A stretch of DNA of 64,000 nt, the filler included, from Folioceros fuciformis (taxonomy: Eukaryota), in NCBI GenBank assembly GCA_049999805.1. It is 15 parts of 15 records of this genome, joined end to end, with 100 filler letters (N's around TTAATTAATTAA, not from the genome) between each part and the next. Parts side by side here need not be neighbours in the genome. Positions count along the whole stretch, not along the records: positions 23,963 to 34,374 come from JBNGIO010000783.1; positions 34,475 to 36,693 come from JBNGIO010000784.1; positions 36,794 to 44,098 come from JBNGIO010000785.1; 12 more parts are not named here. The stretch is one strand, 5' to 3'. Under the pieces are notes generated by a model. The model did no database searches and had not been told where the DNA came from. It saw nothing but the letters and a program-made list of their open reading frames with translations. Position numbers and translations under genes: made by a program. Position 1 is the first letter of the stretch. Each line of letters starts with the position of its first letter. Shown piece after piece: positions 26,104 through 39,807 of this stretch.

Positions 26104-27380
26104 GGCTCTTGTGTTTGATCCATCATCTACGAAGATAACTTAAGTTGAAGACTTGCTTCTGCTCTGGTCATGACTAGTGCTCCACTACATGAGTTGTTGT
26201 CGATGATAGACTCAGTGTCAGCAAATGCGACTAGAAGATGTGACAATCGAGCCGAAGATGGTAGCCTTCAGTGGCAGTTTCTTTTAGTAGTGATCTCCTT
26301 TTCTTAGTTCAAAGCTCTCAGAACAGTAACGTGTCTAAGAGGGAGAGTTAGAAATAATAGCAGACCACATTGGTTTTGTACCAATATGGTTAGTCAGCCA
26401 GACCTAGTAGTTAGTATAGGTAGTTAGCTAGGCTAGCGAAAGGACATATCCCTTACGAGACCACCTATCAAAGCCCACCTATGAACACACTTAATTCATT
26501 ATTAACATAGCATCTTTGCTTAAGACGCTTCCGCATGCAATTCTAACTCCAAGGTGTTGCAGCTATCATTACTTCTCTAAACCACCTGTCTCCCAAGTTG
26601 GAGTCATGGTGATTTAAGTCAACTTAGGCCGGTATAAAGCAACAATTGTTGGGCGAACAAAATGACCAGATTGGCCATGTTTAGAAATTCCTAGATAAGT
26701 AACAACTTGTTTCATTAGAGTTGTATGCTAAGTAATTGTTGCCTATTGATGTTAAATTGGTGGCTCATGTTAAGTTGATTGCTGACTATTGTTGCATAAG
26801 AGCGGAATTGAGAATTGAGGGCTTAGTTGTGTGATGATTGCAAGTACTTTGTTGATCTCTATCAAGTGAACCATAATCACGTCCCAATCTTGAAGACAAA
26901 GGAGTGCTATAAGTAAACTTGGAATGTCTAAGAGGAACTTGAGGCCTAACAAAATCTAGGAAGGGAACTCTTTCCTCTACATAAGGCACATGGTACCTAT
27001 TTCTAGATTTGTGAGGTTGGGTACACGGCAAGAGTGATTGGTTGGGCACACAATCCAGAATTCCATTGATGATAATGATATTATGATTATGTACTCAATT
27101 TAATTACATTAGCCTAGAACTAAGTGAGACATTTAAGAGTGAGTACAAAAAACGTGTATATACAATACCCATAAGGGCAACCCTAAACAAGTGTGTCCCT
27201 TGGATAAATGATCGAGCATGTTAAATCCTAATTAACTCTAACACAAGTAGAAGCACGAATGATCTACTCCTTCAATGATTTTTTTTCACTAAACACAATT
27301 GTTGTTTCTTCAATTTCTTTTAACGAAAAACGATAAGCAGAGGTGGCACTCCCACTCCCAACTGAAAGCTCTCCAATTTA

Positions 27381-27501
27381 AAATTCTGCCCATCTTTAAG
27401 GGTGGTGGGATCGAGGGCATACTCTTTGGATCCTTCTAATGAAAATTCTGCCCATCTTTAAGGGTGGTGGGATCGAGGGCATACTCTTTGGATCCTTCTA
27501 A
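27381..27501. repeat. 62-bp tandem duplication
   Basis: AAATTCTGCCCATCTTTAAGGGTGGTGGGATCGAGGGCATACTCTTTGGATCCTTCTAA x2. Confidence 0.9.
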
Positions 27502-28013
27502 GCAGCTGGCTCCCCTTTCCTCCCCTTTTATTATCTCTTTGGATTCTTCTAAGGTGGCTCCCCTTTTATTATCGAAAGTGTAGGCACGAGAGGAAGACTA
27601 CCATCACGAATGACCATAAAGGAAGACATTCACTAAAAGGGACCATCTTGGTGAATTGGCTAACCAGGTTGCCCTTCACTATTCCCCCTTTCATCTTGGA
27701 GTGGATGGGTTTTCATCTCTTATTATTAATAAAGTCTATGCTATTTATCTAGAAGTTTTTATATTTCTTACTTTTATTTTTCCTTAAAAATAACATATAT
27801 TATATTAAGCTTCTCTCTCACACCTCGTGAACACACACTCCTTCCAAGTGAGTTATGTAGTAAAGGCTTGCTGATGAATTTGTGGTGTTTCCTTCCACCA
27901 GGCCAACAACGAACCATTTTCATCTTACCAAAAAAGGAGACCTATATATTGTGAAAAACAATGAGTTCAATACTCGTCTATGGATTCACTCTTGGAGGGA
28001 TGAGCAAAATGCA

Positions 28014-31000
28014 TCATAAGTGCCGCTTGAACCAAGCACCAATATTCACAAAACTCTCAAACTCCGACTGTGGTCTGCTATCATTCAAGCGTGCAAAAGA
28101 TATCAATGGATTAATCACATATTTTGATTAGCAAAATGGCCCAGTTCAGTTTGTCAACATATCAAGAAATAGCATGTGTACGACCGACCTGTCAATGGGA
28201 TGAATATCTTTTGGGAACACAATAACCTTCACCTCCAAACCACGCTGTCGTAAAGCTCGTACATACTGAGAAATTGCAGAGTTTTGCCATTCAGCCGTCA
28301 AAATGGCTCTACATGTCCACTAAACTTGATAACGTTACCTGAAGTCCATTGGATATTGGGACTCTGCGATCTTCAGCGCCAAGCAAAAATAACGTTGGCA
28401 CCTTCACCTGAGCGCACAAGAACAAGATAACAGCCATGCACTCTGATTGATAGGCACCATTGCTTGTGTATGTGCTTCTCATTCTGGAAGTACAAACTGC
28501 CAATTGTATTCAAACTATTTCGTCGGATGTAAACCTTTAAAATATGTGCCAAAGGCGAAGACAGGTAAAATCGAGTGACGTCGTTGTCTGTAGGTGCTTC
28601 AGTGTAAATTTGCATTCCATTCTTGCCATACAGCTCCACAAAACACCAATCGGGAATGTCTGTGGTACCAACCATAGATGACAAATTACAGACTGGGTTA
28701 CGTAAAGCAGCAGTTTGAAAACGCTCTGGAGCCTGCAACCACATTACGATTTGTAAAGTGTCAAAATCAACTTCCAATACAAACCAAATGTACATGAAAT
28801 CTGTCCGAAGCTCTTACTAGTAAATGTGTAGTGCAATTACCGTACTACACGTATGCTGTCCAGCTGAAATATGTGCATCAACAATAATGACCACAACACA
28901 ATTTGCACCATTAAACACTTGCCTGACCAACCAGATGAGAGGCAAGGAAGCCACCATGAGAGCCACCCAAAACAGCAACTTTGTTGGGATCCGCAAGGCC
29001 TTCAGCGATAACCTGATCCAGTGCAGCAAGTACATCTCCAACATCCTGCGGATATACTGCGAACTACCACATCAAAGGAAGCTCCCGAACTACGTTCTAG
29101 CAAAATACTTCACAGCTCATCTGGACAAGAAGCACGGCTTGCAATCTTGGGCATGGATATCCACCTGACTTCCGACATTTCCAGGAAGAGACTGCAAAGA
29201 TTCTTCTCCAAAGCCCAGGGAACCCCTAGGACATGAGCAACAAGGCATCCCAGTATTAGTTTGCCCAGGTTCATGACTAATGCGAGTCAATCACCAAGTA
29301 ACCTGAAACCCGTCCCTAGCTTCACAGAACAAAACATACAAAGCACATACCGTAACAGAAATGGAAACGGAAATCCATATCAAACCTGTAGTTTACATGA
29401 AGAAGATTGAAGCCCAGGGCACATAAAAAGGCTGCAGTTCTCGAAAAGGTCGTCTGTGACACGGAATGTGGACCACCATGGAGGGCCAAAATAAGGGGAG
29501 CAGGGCCTTCACCTCCTTGGCTAACAACCTTCCTGAGAGGTTTTGCAAACACTAAAATGGCTTCAAATGGCTCTCTCGCACCTGATTGAGAAAAAGCATA
29601 GGACATGGTTCATGCTCATGGCCATAAGAAGTCCATGTGTGATACTGTCCTATGTTAGGCATCGCCCATCACATAGTAGGATAAACTGAGAGAGCAGCCC
29701 TTGTTGTTAGGGTGGAATACCCCACATTGACAATCAAGATAAGCTATGGCAACGTTGCATACTGTGAGTTGGTTACTTTCCGGAGCAGACAATTTACGGC
29801 CAAGAAAAAGTAAAGTACAAACCTTGGCTAATGGCTGGAACTGCTGTGGGTATGGGAATCTGGAGGATCTCAAAGCTGCTTGACGCCAGGGAAGCTTCAA
29901 CCTGTATGGCATCAAAGACTCAAGTAGCCCAACAAAAACATGACCACCACGCTCACCATGCTCACCATGCAATTGCCAAATTAAAGCGAAGAAGTACTTT
30001 ACTCGCTCTGCATATCTGACATAGGGAACAGAGATATCCGTCCAGATCCACGCCTTACTGATGTCCAACCTTTTCACTCCCTTTGGATTGTGCCCCAGTT
30101 TCAAACTTGGGGGTGCATTTGGAGAGCTCACAGCTGTCAACCAGGCCATCGCATGGACCTTGACAGTTAGTGAAATCCGATATTCAATGCAATTAGACGA
30201 ATGTGAGTTAGCCGGGGAAGAAAATTTTGTTCATGGCATAAATTGAGCTTGAGTTCACCTGTACCTGCAATCACATAATTATCCTGGACTGCTAGTAGAG
30301 ACCAGGATGACCTAGAATTCAAGGGGGTAATTCTCGTCACTTTGCCACTGCGAGAGATCAGTCCACAGGCCCCTTTACCCACCACGCAATGCGAGATTAG
30401 TAGCATAAAAGAATGCGGATAACAATAGCAGCTACTGACCTCTCTACGTTTACAGCCAGAATAACCTGTGTACTTCGCCAACTTGATGAAATCAACAAGG
30501 TTGTTCCGTCTGACAACCATGGGTGAGCAATCAGATTGGCGCAGTAAAGACCTGGAAAACATCCCTCTTCTGGCCGCGACACAACAGGAACCTAAAGAGA
30601 TCACAGGGATTGAGCGTTGAGCGGAGTACATCATTTCCACATGCGTTCTGTAAGTAGATGATAAGGCACATGACACCCTAACTGCCCAACCGCATGCAAA
30701 CGATTGAGAAAAAAAGGGTTCACAAAATTAACTTCCTGCACATGTTCAGGAACAGTCTGTATGATACACCAGTTTCGAACCACAGGATCATTTAAATGAG
30801 TTAGGCAAAGTTACCACATCTCTGACTTGCAGATTCTGCACACCGAAAGGACCATGAGCTGGCCACTGGAGGAAATGAAGGGAGATTGTAGCACAATGTA
30901 CACCACTCTCAACAGCTGCTTTGGATGACAGAAAGACTAAAGAGTTCCCAGCTGGGCTGCACAGGTGCAACGCGTCAAGACTAGAAATGAATAACCTTTC

Positions 31001-32592
31001 AGGGGCCCCAAATGAAAAATTCATAGTGACAGAAGGCCATGATACGCAGCAGCTTTGGGGAATAGGTTATGACAAAGCGAAGGGGAACCCAGAAAACAAC
31101 AATACAGGACTTTCAAAAATGTACGATGGCATAAAGGCCTTAACCTGAAACAAGGTGATAGTGCACTGGTAAGTTCACCAGTCAGTTTCGCTGCCCGGCA
31201 AGCTTGTCTATGTTCCACAGAATCACCCCAGTGATAAACATTTCAAAACAACCTAAATCCTATCAAGAAAGGACAGCAAACAACTGGATCTAGCCTGTCC
31301 CTCATCAATGCAATAAAATGACAACTGGCCTCGTACAAAAGAGGGACAACCGACTCGTGTGAACTTCTACCCGCTGTGTCTTGGAGCTTCCACGGCATAT
31401 AGTGCACATGGCCTGTTGTAACAATACTTCATCCCCAGTTTCCTCGGTGTCCTAAAGTTGCTAGCATGAGATGGCCAACCAACAAAAACAAGAGCCTGGT
31501 AGGCCTCACCGCGAGGGGGCACAGGCGCCCAGATAACTTGCCCAGCACTTAAGTTTTTTGGGACCCCATGGACTTCCTGCACGGTTCCACTGCCCAACGC
31601 CCAAATCACAACAATATAAAAGCTCTGTCGATTGCCTCAGCCAAAGTGATACCTCTTCAGGCTGGCAACAAAGATTATCGGCCGTCTCCTGCCAGTGTAG
31701 TATTCCCCCCAGTCTTCTTTCCAGTCTCCTTGGCCATTCCAGATGCCAACGTTACTCTCCTTCGATGAGTTACCACTGCACATTGGCTCCGATTTACTTC
31801 GACCAAACACGGGATGAGGCTGGGGAGATTCTTCGGCAACGTAAGCTATTGAATCTTCGTTGTGGTTCCAAGACACACCCTCAAACCTGATGGCACATGG
31901 TCAAGTGTCAATCTAAAGCAAACCCATCGACGTTCCGTACCCAACTCTACTTCTAGGCCAAAGGATTGACACCTCAAACTCCAGGACTGGACTTATCGAC
32001 CAGTACCATCCATCTGCATAAAGACAACCGTGAACACTGTCGGGCACGAAAATTTCCTTCAAAAGCTGTCCGGATCCCCAAATCTCCAGTTTGATGGCAG
32101 ATGATGCATCCTTGACTCCCCCATTCATGTTACGAACAATCAAAAGCTTGCTCCCGGTTGGTGAGGGCAAAAACAGGGAGGCCCCAATAACTTCGAAAGG
32201 AAAAGGTGACCAGTGGTGGTCTGTTGGATTTACAAGCGCATCTGGAATGTACAGTGAGGAAATGAATGTCCTCCGTGAATTTGCAACTACATTGATTTGA
32301 CTCATTGCCACGACCACATCCAACGATCTTCCATCTGACAGAAGACACACTCAAAAGTGGTTAATCCAGTGACATAAGGTTGTACAACTCAATCCTGGAG
32401 TCACAGCGACACCGCATGCAGCGTCGGTACACCTCTACGAGTTGTGCAAGTCCAAGCCTTCTCAACGCTGGGAATAGCATTAAATGCATTCAAGAGTCTT
32501 TCCTCGCTAAGGATTTCCAAGTTGCGTGCCCCCGGACCACTTTCGGCACTTGTGCCCGCAATCTGTCCACCTGCATTCCGCGAAAGGTCCAT
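28014..32592 (-). CDS. AARE: Acylamino-acid-releasing enzyme (S9C peptidase), multi-exon
   Basis: IPSVEKAW, WSPFPFEVIGAS, GQGDWKEDWGE, LGMKYCYNRPC, LHGGPHS, nucleophile GGSHGG, RNPVCNL, GAEDRRVP, DIHPID and C-terminal NIGAWFKRHL*. Confidence 0.95.
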
Positions 32593-33989
32593 CTCCGTCC
32601 GTTTGATGAATACTTTAGTCTTAGACCGTTGGCACGCTCAAACCGACGTAACAAGATAGGGACCAACAGCAGGTCCGGCGGCCTCGCGTTCGGTAAACCC
32701 ATCCATAGTGAAGGAGATGACTTGTTTAGAAGACCTAGTTTGTCGCAAACTTGAAAACTGTAACAATGCGTGTACTTTTTATTATATTAGTCTTTCTCTA
32801 TAATTTTCTCGGTATGAATTTTTGTGGTGGTGTATGGAATAGCAATATAAACAACCGACACATCGTGATCTTTTTTTTGAAGTGTATATTATCCAGCTGT
32901 AGTATCTTTTATTCAACTGTAATTTGTGAAGTATTTTTTATTCAGTTGTAATAATTTTTATTCAACTTTTATTCAGCATATTTTTATTCTATTGTAGCAG
33001 CTTCTAGCTTCATACTTCTTTGCACGTCACTTCATTTACAACTGCAGACTATAAAATGTTTAGGGTTTCAAACACCTTCAAGGTTGTAGAGCAACATGGA
33101 GCCTACAAGCTTATTTTTTCCCGTTCTTGTTTGTGTCATAACTATTTTTATACTACCGCAAACGTACACACGCTAGAAAACCTAGTTTAAAATTCCCCCA
33201 TTGTTTGCCATGTACCACAGCTTCCTAGCCCTTTGGGGAGGAAGGTCATACTCTCTAAGCCCTTTGCATGCACATTGTCGCAAGCAACCATTAGTGCTTA
33301 GAAGATGCACACAAGAGTATCCAAATGATTGTCAACAACTACAATTCACACTTGAAATATGCAGCCAACCAACACTTGCGTACACCCAACCGGCTCTCTC
33401 TCATAGGTCAGCTAAGGCTGTCTCTACCTTTATTGCAACATCTAATTTGCTTGAATACCACCCTTTACTAGTCGCTAGACTTTGGCCCTAGTCATCCAAC
33501 TCAAGATTTTGGATCCTATTTGACAAGCTGTTTGCATGCTTTGCCTTGGGCCATCATCCTCTACCTCACATTACATATACTATTGAAGAACTTTGACACT
33601 CAATGTAACCCTAAACCCAAACCAGTTTCCTCTGTTGCATTTGTTTAGTCACAGCCATTTGTTTAGTCATAGCCGATATATCCCTAAGGCAACAATTGAA
33701 GAACCTCATTCAAACTATCTACTTATAGTCTTTCCAACCTTTCTTTCATACAGGCTTGCGGGTAGTCAAGTATGCATTTGAGGTCAAGGCAAACTTAGAG
33801 AACACCTAGCAATCCCTATCTTTGTTGTGTAACAAACAGAGCTTTGCCTCCCTTTGCCCTTAAAACATTTCATGGAGTCCTTTCACGGTACAAGTCAGTT
33901 TCCTCTTTTCACTTCTAAGGAAACACCATTTTTGGCTTACGCTTCACCTTTTAGCTTGGGGGTTAAGGAGTAGGTGTTAAGGATCTACC

Positions 33990-34374
33990 ATTAAGGAATT
34001 AGGGTTGATGGTCAAGGATTGAGGGTTCAGGGTCGAGGATTCAGGATCGAGGATTTCGGGTCAAGGGCTTAAGGTTTACTTTAGGGTTTGGGGTTTATAC
34101 GAATTGGGAATTTTAGGAATTAGGACTTAGGCTTTTAGGGTTTAGGCTTCAGGGTTTAGGGTTGAGCGTTAAGGGGTTTAGGGTTTACGGGTTGAGGGTT
34201 AGGGTTAAGGGTTTAGGGTTACGGGTTAAGTGTTAAGGGTTTAGGGTTTAGGGTTAAGGGTTAAGGGTTAAGGGTTTAGGGTTTAGGGTTGGGTTTAGGG
34301 TTTAGGGTTTTAGGGTTTAGGGTTTAGGGTTTAGGGTTTAGGGTTTAGGGTTTAGGGTTTAGGGTTTAGGGTTT
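33990..34374 (+). repeat. Telomeric array (TTTAGGG)n with a degenerate proximal zone, at the contig end
   Basis: TTAAGGG, TTACGGG and TTGAGGG variants grade into perfect TTTAGGG from about 34310. Confidence 0.95.
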
Positions 34375-34639
34375 NNNNNNNNNNNNNNNNNNNNNNNNNN
34401 NNNNNNNNNNNNNNNNNNTTAATTAATTAANNNNNNNNNNNNNNNNNNNNNNNNNNNNNNNNNNNNNNNNNNNNAGGCCCCCAAGTAGGAGAAGATACAA
34501 CTTTTGTGCTCTGCAGGACATGTGTCACCCAAGGATCTGTGGGACTTCAGTCCCTATGCTGTGGATCCTGACGTTAGGATGGAATGGCTGTACAGACAGC
34601 AATGGTCCTATGCCACCCCAAGATGCCAGGGGCAGCTTG

Positions 34640-35070
34640 ATAGATGTGGAACGCATGGGCAGCCCGATAGATGTGGAACACACATCCGATAGATGTGGAA
34701 CGCATGGGCAGCCCGATAGATGTGGAACACACATCCGACAGACAAGAGATTTTGGGAACACTTGACCCCAGGACGGAAGCTAACATGGATCTGTCGCTTG
34801 TGTGGACGGAAGCTAACATGGATCTGTTGCTTGTGTGGCCTACAGGACAAGAGGAGTCTCCTCCTCCTATGCCTTTGGAGAGCAGCCTAGCAACTGCACC
34901 TCAATCAACCACAAGGAAGAGACCAGCTGATGAGGTGACAGCACAGGAGGACAAGGAGGATAATTGCAGGAGGACAAGGAGGATAATTGCAGCCAGCAAA
35001 AGAGGATAATTGCAGGAGGACAAGGAGGATAATTGCAGGAGGACAAGGAGGATAATTGCAGCCAGCAAAA
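34640..35070. repeat. Short tandem repeats in a probable retroelement accessory region
   Basis: GATAGATGTGGAAC units at 34640-34740; GGAGGACAAGGAGGATAATTGCA units at 34947-35070. Confidence 0.75.
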
Positions 35071-35479
35071 GATCAGAAGGTTCCCGCCCAAGGACACAGC
35101 TGGTGGAGGATTGTCAGGAGTGGAGTCAGACTAGACTTAGGTTATGTTGGCTTGTGGTGATTGGCCTAAATGGTATTGAATAGGTGTTGATTCATTAGGG
35201 TTTGATATTACCTAGATATATGTGGTGTGTATATAGATTTATTTTAGCTTACCCTTTCATTAGGGTTACCCCCCTTATGAAGAGTTATGTTTTTTCATTT
35301 TTAGATTAAGTCTAGCCTTTCTTGGTTATTCAATTAATTCATTCATATAAAAACATATATATATATATATAATGTAATTACCTAATGTAATTTATCTACA
35401 CCATTTCCATATTTGGTCAAATGGTAGGCCCATTAAGACTTCTGACACCAAGTTACTTTCTAGGCAGGCCTAGGTCAAT

Positions 35480-36472
35480 GAGCCAAGAGGTTTATTAATT
35501 TAGTTGATTTTTATATATTGACCTAAGGAGAGAGAGGGCGTGAAGAGATAGGGGATCTCCTATAAGGCTAGAAGAGTTCTCTGAACTCATTTTGTCACTT
35601 GCCGCCCTTTGCCGCCCTTCAGTCATCAGCTCTTGCTTCTTGAGCTTTAGATATGCCTTTGTTCCAGCTGATTGATGTGGTTGATGATACGCTGCGGAAA
35701 TATTCTGTATACAAAAGGAATTGTGAAAAAGCACTTGAATAATGAATGAGATCCAAATATATACAAATAAAAGTATTAACTGTAGTTATGGTAATTAACC
35801 ACTAACCTAAGTTAGATTAACCTAGGGTAAAAGGCATTTACTCTAACACTCCCACTTAACCTGACTGGGTTAAAAGAGGTAAGTAGCCTTTAAACACACG
35901 TAAAATTCCAACCACCACGAATCATCAAAGGAACAATGTGACGCCTATCCAACTTCTCACACGCGTTCACGAACATGAGGAACAAAGGCGCATGCCGGGA
36001 TGGAGGCGGACGCGGGTTTGGCCCTAGGCGCGCACACAGATCTTGGCCTTCACCACCCAGCATCGCGTCCAGTATCCAGCATCAATGGCATGCTCACGCA
36101 TCTCAACCGACGTCATCTCAAGCCAGCCACGGCACAGAATGGAGTGCGGACCATAGGAGAGTTGGGAGCTCTCAGGAGTAGAAGATTCGCCCCCAAGCAG
36201 CCCTGAGCAGCAATCTCCAGTCCCTCAACAGTGCTGCCAACTAAGAACTCCTTCGACATCTGATTCTGGCGAAAGCTCCACGAGATTTTGGCCGGCCCAA
36301 GTTGACAAAAGGCATGTTTTGCACCTGCAAGGCTGGTCCAATTCGCACAGAAGATTAAACAACCCACAGCTTTTGCGTACGGAACCAACGCCATGTCTTC
36401 CTTATTAGCTACAGACTGTGGAGACTGCTCAATGGTAAGCTTATCTCCCACTACAAACGCTGTAGTAGCTGG
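35480..36472 (-). mobile_element. Internally deleted copia remnant: RT fragment, PPT and 3' LTR
   Basis: MALVPYAKAVGCLIFCANWT at about 36330-36400; minus-strand AAGTGGGAG followed by TGTTAG at 35848. The far LTR end is approximate. Confidence 0.7.
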
Positions 36473-36693
36473 TGTAGGGTTATTAAAGCCCAATGTGCTT
36501 AGGCTAATGTGTTTAGTCTAAGATTAGTGTCTAGTTAATGTGCTTAGACTAATGTGTTTAGTCTAAGATTAGTGTCTAGTTAAGTATCATTAGTTTAGAT
36601 TAGCTTAAGCTAATCTGTAGGAAGCTTCTTGCGCAGCTTCCTGTGAGCTTCTTGTGAAGCTTCCTAGGGAGCTCTTCTAGAGGGTATAAATAC
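36473..36693 (+). mobile_element. LTR of the TGTAGGG copia family inserted in the RT remnant (truncated by the gap)
   Basis: Near-identical to 6553-6725, with an internal duplication. Confidence 0.9.
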
Positions 36694-37150
36694 NNNNNNN
36701 NNNNNNNNNNNNNNNNNNNNNNNNNNNNNNNNNNNNNTTAATTAATTAANNNNNNNNNNNNNNNNNNNNNNNNNNNNNNNNNNNNNNNNNNNNAGATCTG
36801 TTCGAATCTCTTCAGATGTTGAAAGGCAAGATCTGTTCGAGCACGACACTGTCGTAAGGTGTCACATCTCCATTGCTAAGGTGGGGGGTACTTACTTAAT
36901 AAGGTAATAAGGTACACATGGTATTCTAGCTAGAAGGTAATAAGGTACGCATGGTGTTCTAGCTAGGATGGGAAGATATTTGCCTTACAAAGTGAGCATT
37001 GTATTCTAGTTAGAGTGGAAAGGCATATACCTTAATATAAGGTACGCATTGTATTCTTGCTAGGCTTGGAAAGGCAGTTGCCTTACAAGGTATGTATTGT
37101 ACACTCTTTGGTTTAAAGAAGATCTAGTGGTTCAGTCAAGATCTAGTCTC

Positions 37151-37434
37151 AAGGAAGTATTGGAGCTTTAAAAGGCTAGAATAGCTAGTTAGAATACAAT
37201 GTGTCAAAATACAATGTGTCAAGGAAGTATTAGAGCTTTAAAAGGCTAGAATAGCTAGCTAGAATACAATGTGTCAAGGAAATATTGGAGCTTTAAAAGG
37301 CTAGAATAACTAGCTAGAATACAATGTGTCAAGGAAGTATTGGAGCTTTAAAAGGCTAGAATAGTTAGCTAGAATACAATGTGTCAAGGAAATATTGGAG
37401 CTTTAAAAGGCTAGCTAGCTAGAATACAATGTGT
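37151..37434. repeat. 55-bp tandem repeat, 5 copies
   Basis: AAGGAAGTATTGGAGCTTTAAAAGGCTAGAATAGCTAGCTAGAATACAATGTGTC. Confidence 0.92.
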
Positions 37435-39807
37435 ATTGTATGAAATCATACAAAATAAATCCACACTTCCTTATCATTATGAGATTATGATATCAACTAC
37501 ATCCTTTTGAGCTTTCCGAATCCAAGCAGACCATTATCCCCTTTCAATACCACTTTATAACCACATCATAAAAATGGAGGCCACAGCACCCAATATTGGC
37601 ACTATGTTTAATGTACACATACTGTATCTAAAAATAGCTTATTACAAGTTTATTTAGAGTAAAAATTCATGTGGTTTAGGGTTTAGGGTTTAAAACCCTA
37701 AATCCAATTGTTTCTTACTAATGATTCACTTCTTTCCCTATAAAGACTCTACTCAATGACATCTTGCTATAAATACAGAGCACCCAAAATTGTGAATGTT
37801 GACACCATGTTTAATGTACACATACTCTATCTAAATAAGAGAGTGATTAGCAGCCGCAATGAGTGACTAGGCTGATGTGAAAACAGAAAATAGCTTATTA
37901 CAAGTTTATTTAGAGTAAGAATTCGTGTGGTTTAGGGTTTAGGATTGAAAACCCTAAATCCAATTGTTTCTTACAAATGATTGGCTTCTTTCCCTTACAA
38001 AGAGTGTCTTTATAATCTACTCAATGACATCTTGCTGTAAATAAACCCTTTCTTTTTTTGACAAAGAAGGACCTAGTTTATTAGTAGATGTGGTAGTCAA
38101 GGATCGCACTCAAGATTCTGTTGATGAGTAGATGATTCTAAGACCTTCAGAGTGGATGGCACATGGATGCACCATGTTGAAGGTTCACAAATACAACACT
38201 TTAGCATAGGGCCATGGTTCCATAGCCCTTGTGTATAGTGTCATGGACGAGGCCTTTCCCAAGTTCATTAAGATTGATGCTAGGGAGTACCATGGCTTTA
38301 GGCTCAAGATTAACCTCCCTCTTTTGTAGATCTTAGCATTCTACACACATGAAGTGTTCATTGCCCTACAAGAGCTTGGAAAACCCAATATGTAGAATAA
38401 AAATAAGTAGAATCTTTACCATGAATGATGAAAAATACCCTTCTAGGGTCTTTGGCCTTCTAGATTATGAAAATGTACATGCATTTGTGATAATGTGACT
38501 TTCTTTACGCTTTATATGTTGTGTGTTTTCTTTAAAAATTGTTCTTCCAAGCTTTTTTTTTTTTTATTCTCTTTAAAGATTGTTCTCTCACGTCTTGGGG
38601 TGAATAGATTTTTTTTCATCTTTTCATAAAAAATATATATTTAAAAAAAAATAACGCGTTTTGAACAAGACTCCGAAGATGAACAAGCGCTACTGTCCGG
38701 GGCGGACCAGGCTAAAGTCCAGACTGCCAGTGCTGCCATACACAGACAACCGGGATTTTAAAACCATTAGACTGGTCGCCCAATTCGCACATACGCGGAC
38801 GCCCCACCAACCGCCTTCTTGACTTTGGTACCCTAAATCACCATGGAGAGGCGTTTTAGCGAATTTTAAATGCGCGCGTATGTCCGAGGCCACTTGCGTG
38901 CTGTGCTGGCTTCAAACCAAACCTTGGTTGACCATCTGTCCGGACAGCAGCTGGGCCCATGCCGCAATTCCAAGGCTCCAGAGAAGGGCACGCAGCAGCT
39001 TTGTCATTCTGACCCGGCCTTTCATGCTCCCTCAAGCATCACTTTCCGTCCCCTCGCGAATACCGCTGGCAGCACAGCACCACTACTCTTCTTCCTGGGA
39101 AGTTTCTGGACAGACCACACGCATTACGTGCGTGACTGAGCCTAGGACGGATAGGACAGGACCCCAATATATCTGCTCAGCCTCGCACAACATTTCTACA
39201 TCCATGCAACAGTAGTCTACCTGTGCAAGGAAACAACACAGTGACTGCTGGCAACCACGAGCAGGCATTAACAAAACGTTCAGCAAAAATGATCTACAAC
39301 AGCAAGTAATGGCGAGTCAGCACTTTCCATCTACATTATGCGAGAAGCAGCACTGTAAGTGGACAAAGCGTCTGGTACAAGAACATAAAACAATCAAGGT
39401 TTGGGCTCTGCAATATTGCCCCAGCGCCACAGAGGGGCTGGCAAACATGCATTTCCCTGCCTTTCCAACAGATATTGCTTGCCATATCTGCATGTCTTGT
39501 CCAACTAGGCTACAGGCTCAACCTTCTGGGTTGTTCACAGTGGCTCTACACGAGCGTCTCTCAACAGAAAAGGCGGCATCACTTGCTCCGCTTTCAAATT
39601 AGACCCTCAATTCCGATTTCCCAATCCAACAGCATTTCCCTACCATCTGCAACAAACAACATCCAGTACTTACTGAGGCTTAGATTGCTTCAAGCCACAC
39701 CATCGCCACTACGATTGGCATGACCATTGCCCTGATATTTACACACTGCTATCTGCCGACAGCCGGCAGTAGCTGTGCAACAGCTATCTACAGACGTACA
39801 GTGTTCC

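Noticed and set aside
33050-33900. Possible LINE remnant between AARE and the telomere
   Set aside because: Too degenerate; no diagnostic motif could be read with confidence.
38690-39800. Short ORFs downstream of DCAF8
   Set aside because: More simply explained as 3' UTR (acceptor-like site near 39221); no protein motifs.
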